Shown here one piece after another: positions 62,748-64,000 of a stretch of DNA of 64,000 nt. Location of the stretch: positions 478-64,477 of the forward strand of contig JAXDOV010000220.1 of the NCBI GenBank assembly GCA_034668705.1, in the 5' to 3' direction. Positions within the stretch are counted from its first letter, which is position 1; the number at the start of each line of letters is the position of its first letter. The stretch comes from Sphingomonadales bacterium (GTDB taxonomy: Bacteria > Pseudomonadota > Alphaproteobacteria > Sphingomonadales > Sphingomonadaceae). Made by a program: the position numbers and the translations under genes. A model generated the notes under the pieces. The model saw nothing but the letters and a program-made list of their open reading frames with translations, was not told the origin of the DNA and did no database searches.

Positions 62748-63614
62748 ATGAGCGGGTGGACGATCGGCATTATCGGCGGCTCCGGCCTTTACGAGATCGA
62801 GGCGCTGGAGGAGGTGCAGCGCATCGCCGTCGACACGCCCTGGGGTGCGCCGTCGGAGGAGTTGACGCTCGGCCGGCTCCACGGCATCCGCTTCGTCTTC
62901 CTTCCCCGCCACGGGCGCGGCCACCGCATCGCGCCCGGCGACGTCAATTACCGCGCCAATATCGACGCGCTGAAGCGGGCCGGCTGCACCGACCTGGTCG
63001 CCATCTCCGCCATCGGCTCGTTGCGCGAAGAGCTGCCGCCGGGGCGGTTCGTCCTCATCGACCAGTTCGTCGACCGCACCGTCGCGCGCGCGGCGAGCTT
63101 CTTCGGCACCGGCCTCGTCGCCCATGTCTCGATGGCCGATCCGGTCTGCCCGCGCCTGTCGCGCCTGGCCGCGGACGCCGCCGAGACGGCGGGCGCCGAG
63201 GTGACCCGCGGCGGCTCCTATCTCGCCATGGAGGGGCCGCAATTCTCCTCCCGGGCCGAGAGCGAGCTCTACCGGCAATGGGGCTGCGACGTGATCGGCA
63301 TGACCGCCATGCCGGAGGCGAAGCTCGCCCGCGAGGCGGAGCTGCCTTATGCCCTGGTCGGGATGGTGACCGATTACGATTGCTGGCGGCCTGGCGAGGC
63401 GGTGGACGTGGCCGAGGTGCTGACCCAGCTCCAGGCCAATGCCGGCACGGCGCGGCGGCTGGTCGAGGCGCTGGCGCTGGCGCTGCCGGCGGAGCGCGTC
63501 CCCTCGCCGATCGACACCAACCTCGACTCCGCCTTGATCACCGCCCCCGCCGCGCGCGATCCGGCGATGCTGATGAAGCTCGACGCCGTCTGCCGGCGGG
63601 TGCTGAAGGCCTAG
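62748..63614 (+). CDS. mtnP: S-methyl-5'-thioadenosine phosphorylase
   Basis: 288-aa ORF: IGIIGGSGLY, FLPRHGRGH, GMTAMPEAKLAREAEL. Confidence 0.88.
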   Translation: MSGWTIGIIGGSGLYEIEALEEVQRIAVDTPWGAPSEELTLGRLHGIRFVFLPRHGRGHRIAPGDVNYRANIDALKRAGCTDLVAISAIGSLREELPPGRFVLIDQFVDRTVARAASFFGTGLVAHVSMADPVCPRLSRLAADAAETAGAEVTRGGSYLAMEGPQFSSRAESELYRQWGCDVIGMTAMPEAKLAREAELPYALVGMVTDYDCWRPGEAVDVAEVLTQLQANAGTARRLVEALALALPAERVPSPIDTNLDSALITAPAARDPAMLMKLDAVCRRVLKA

Positions 63615-63617
63615 GCC

Positions 63618-64000
63618 GGTGTCGCGCGCCCTGCCGCCTTATGCCGAGCTGCTCGGCCTCAGCACGCGCCGGGGCGAGGATGGCGAACTGCTGTGGGTGA
63701 TGCCGTTCCGCCAGGAGGTGGTCGGCCGCCCCGGCTTCCTCCACGGCGGCGCGATCGCCGGCCTGCTCGAATTCGCGGCGCTCGGCACGCTCTACGACCG
63801 GCTGGGCGAGGATGCCGGGGTGAGCGCGAGCCCGATCAACGTCAGCGTCGATTTCATGCGCGGCGGCGTCGAGCATGAAACCTATGCCGCCGCCATCGTC
63901 ACCCGGCTCGGCAACCGGGTCGCCAATGTCGAAGCCCATGCCTGGCAGCAGGACCGCGCCAAACCGATCGCCGCGGCGCGGATGAACCTGTTGCTGCGGC
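63618..64000 (+). CDS. PaaI/hotdog-fold thioesterase (partial, runs off the right edge)
   Basis: Own reading from GTG 63618: VSRALPPYAELLGL...GRPGFLHGGAIAGLLEFAA...NVSVDFMRGG. Confidence 0.65.

Overview
GC-rich (third codon positions almost all G/C) alphaproteobacterial chromosome segment. Gene content fits a Sphingomonadaceae-like organism, but that is inference and not verified. About 65 protein genes and one tRNA are supported. I recognised no rRNA, CRISPR array, transposase, integrase, phage gene or known defence system. Mostly core functions: dsbD; a sahR-metF-split metH operon; scpAB; tatABC; an RND efflux triad; xth, erpA, purSQ, mtnP; and a 5-oxoprolinase operon. Three regions look accessory. 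(a) 4.1-7.3 kb holds a PadR module and an AT-richer orphan gene. (b) 29.2-33.6 kb is an AT-richer islet at tRNA-Arg(UCU), bounded by a diverged direct repeat that includes the tRNA 3' end. (c) 43.0-54.5 kb is a co-directional 11-gene block of three glycosyltransferases, two deacetylase-like genes, membrane proteins, a lone LptF/G-like permease and an embedded ECF sigma/FecR/TonB-receptor module. The most unusual non-coding signal is a symmetric three-helix element (13333-13605) between metF and the split metH. It pairs the end of metF with the ribosome-binding site of the next gene. Other signals: a perfect 20-bp AT-rich palindrome at the sahR promoter, an in-frame palindromic insertion in the 5-oxoprolinase linker, in-frame tandem repeats in metF and in an EF-hand lipoprotein, and a DHA2 transporter fused to a MarR-like domain. 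DUF/family names are from recall of typical sequences and need an HMM search. Many long ORFs in the track are antisense shadows typical of high-GC DNA and were not called.
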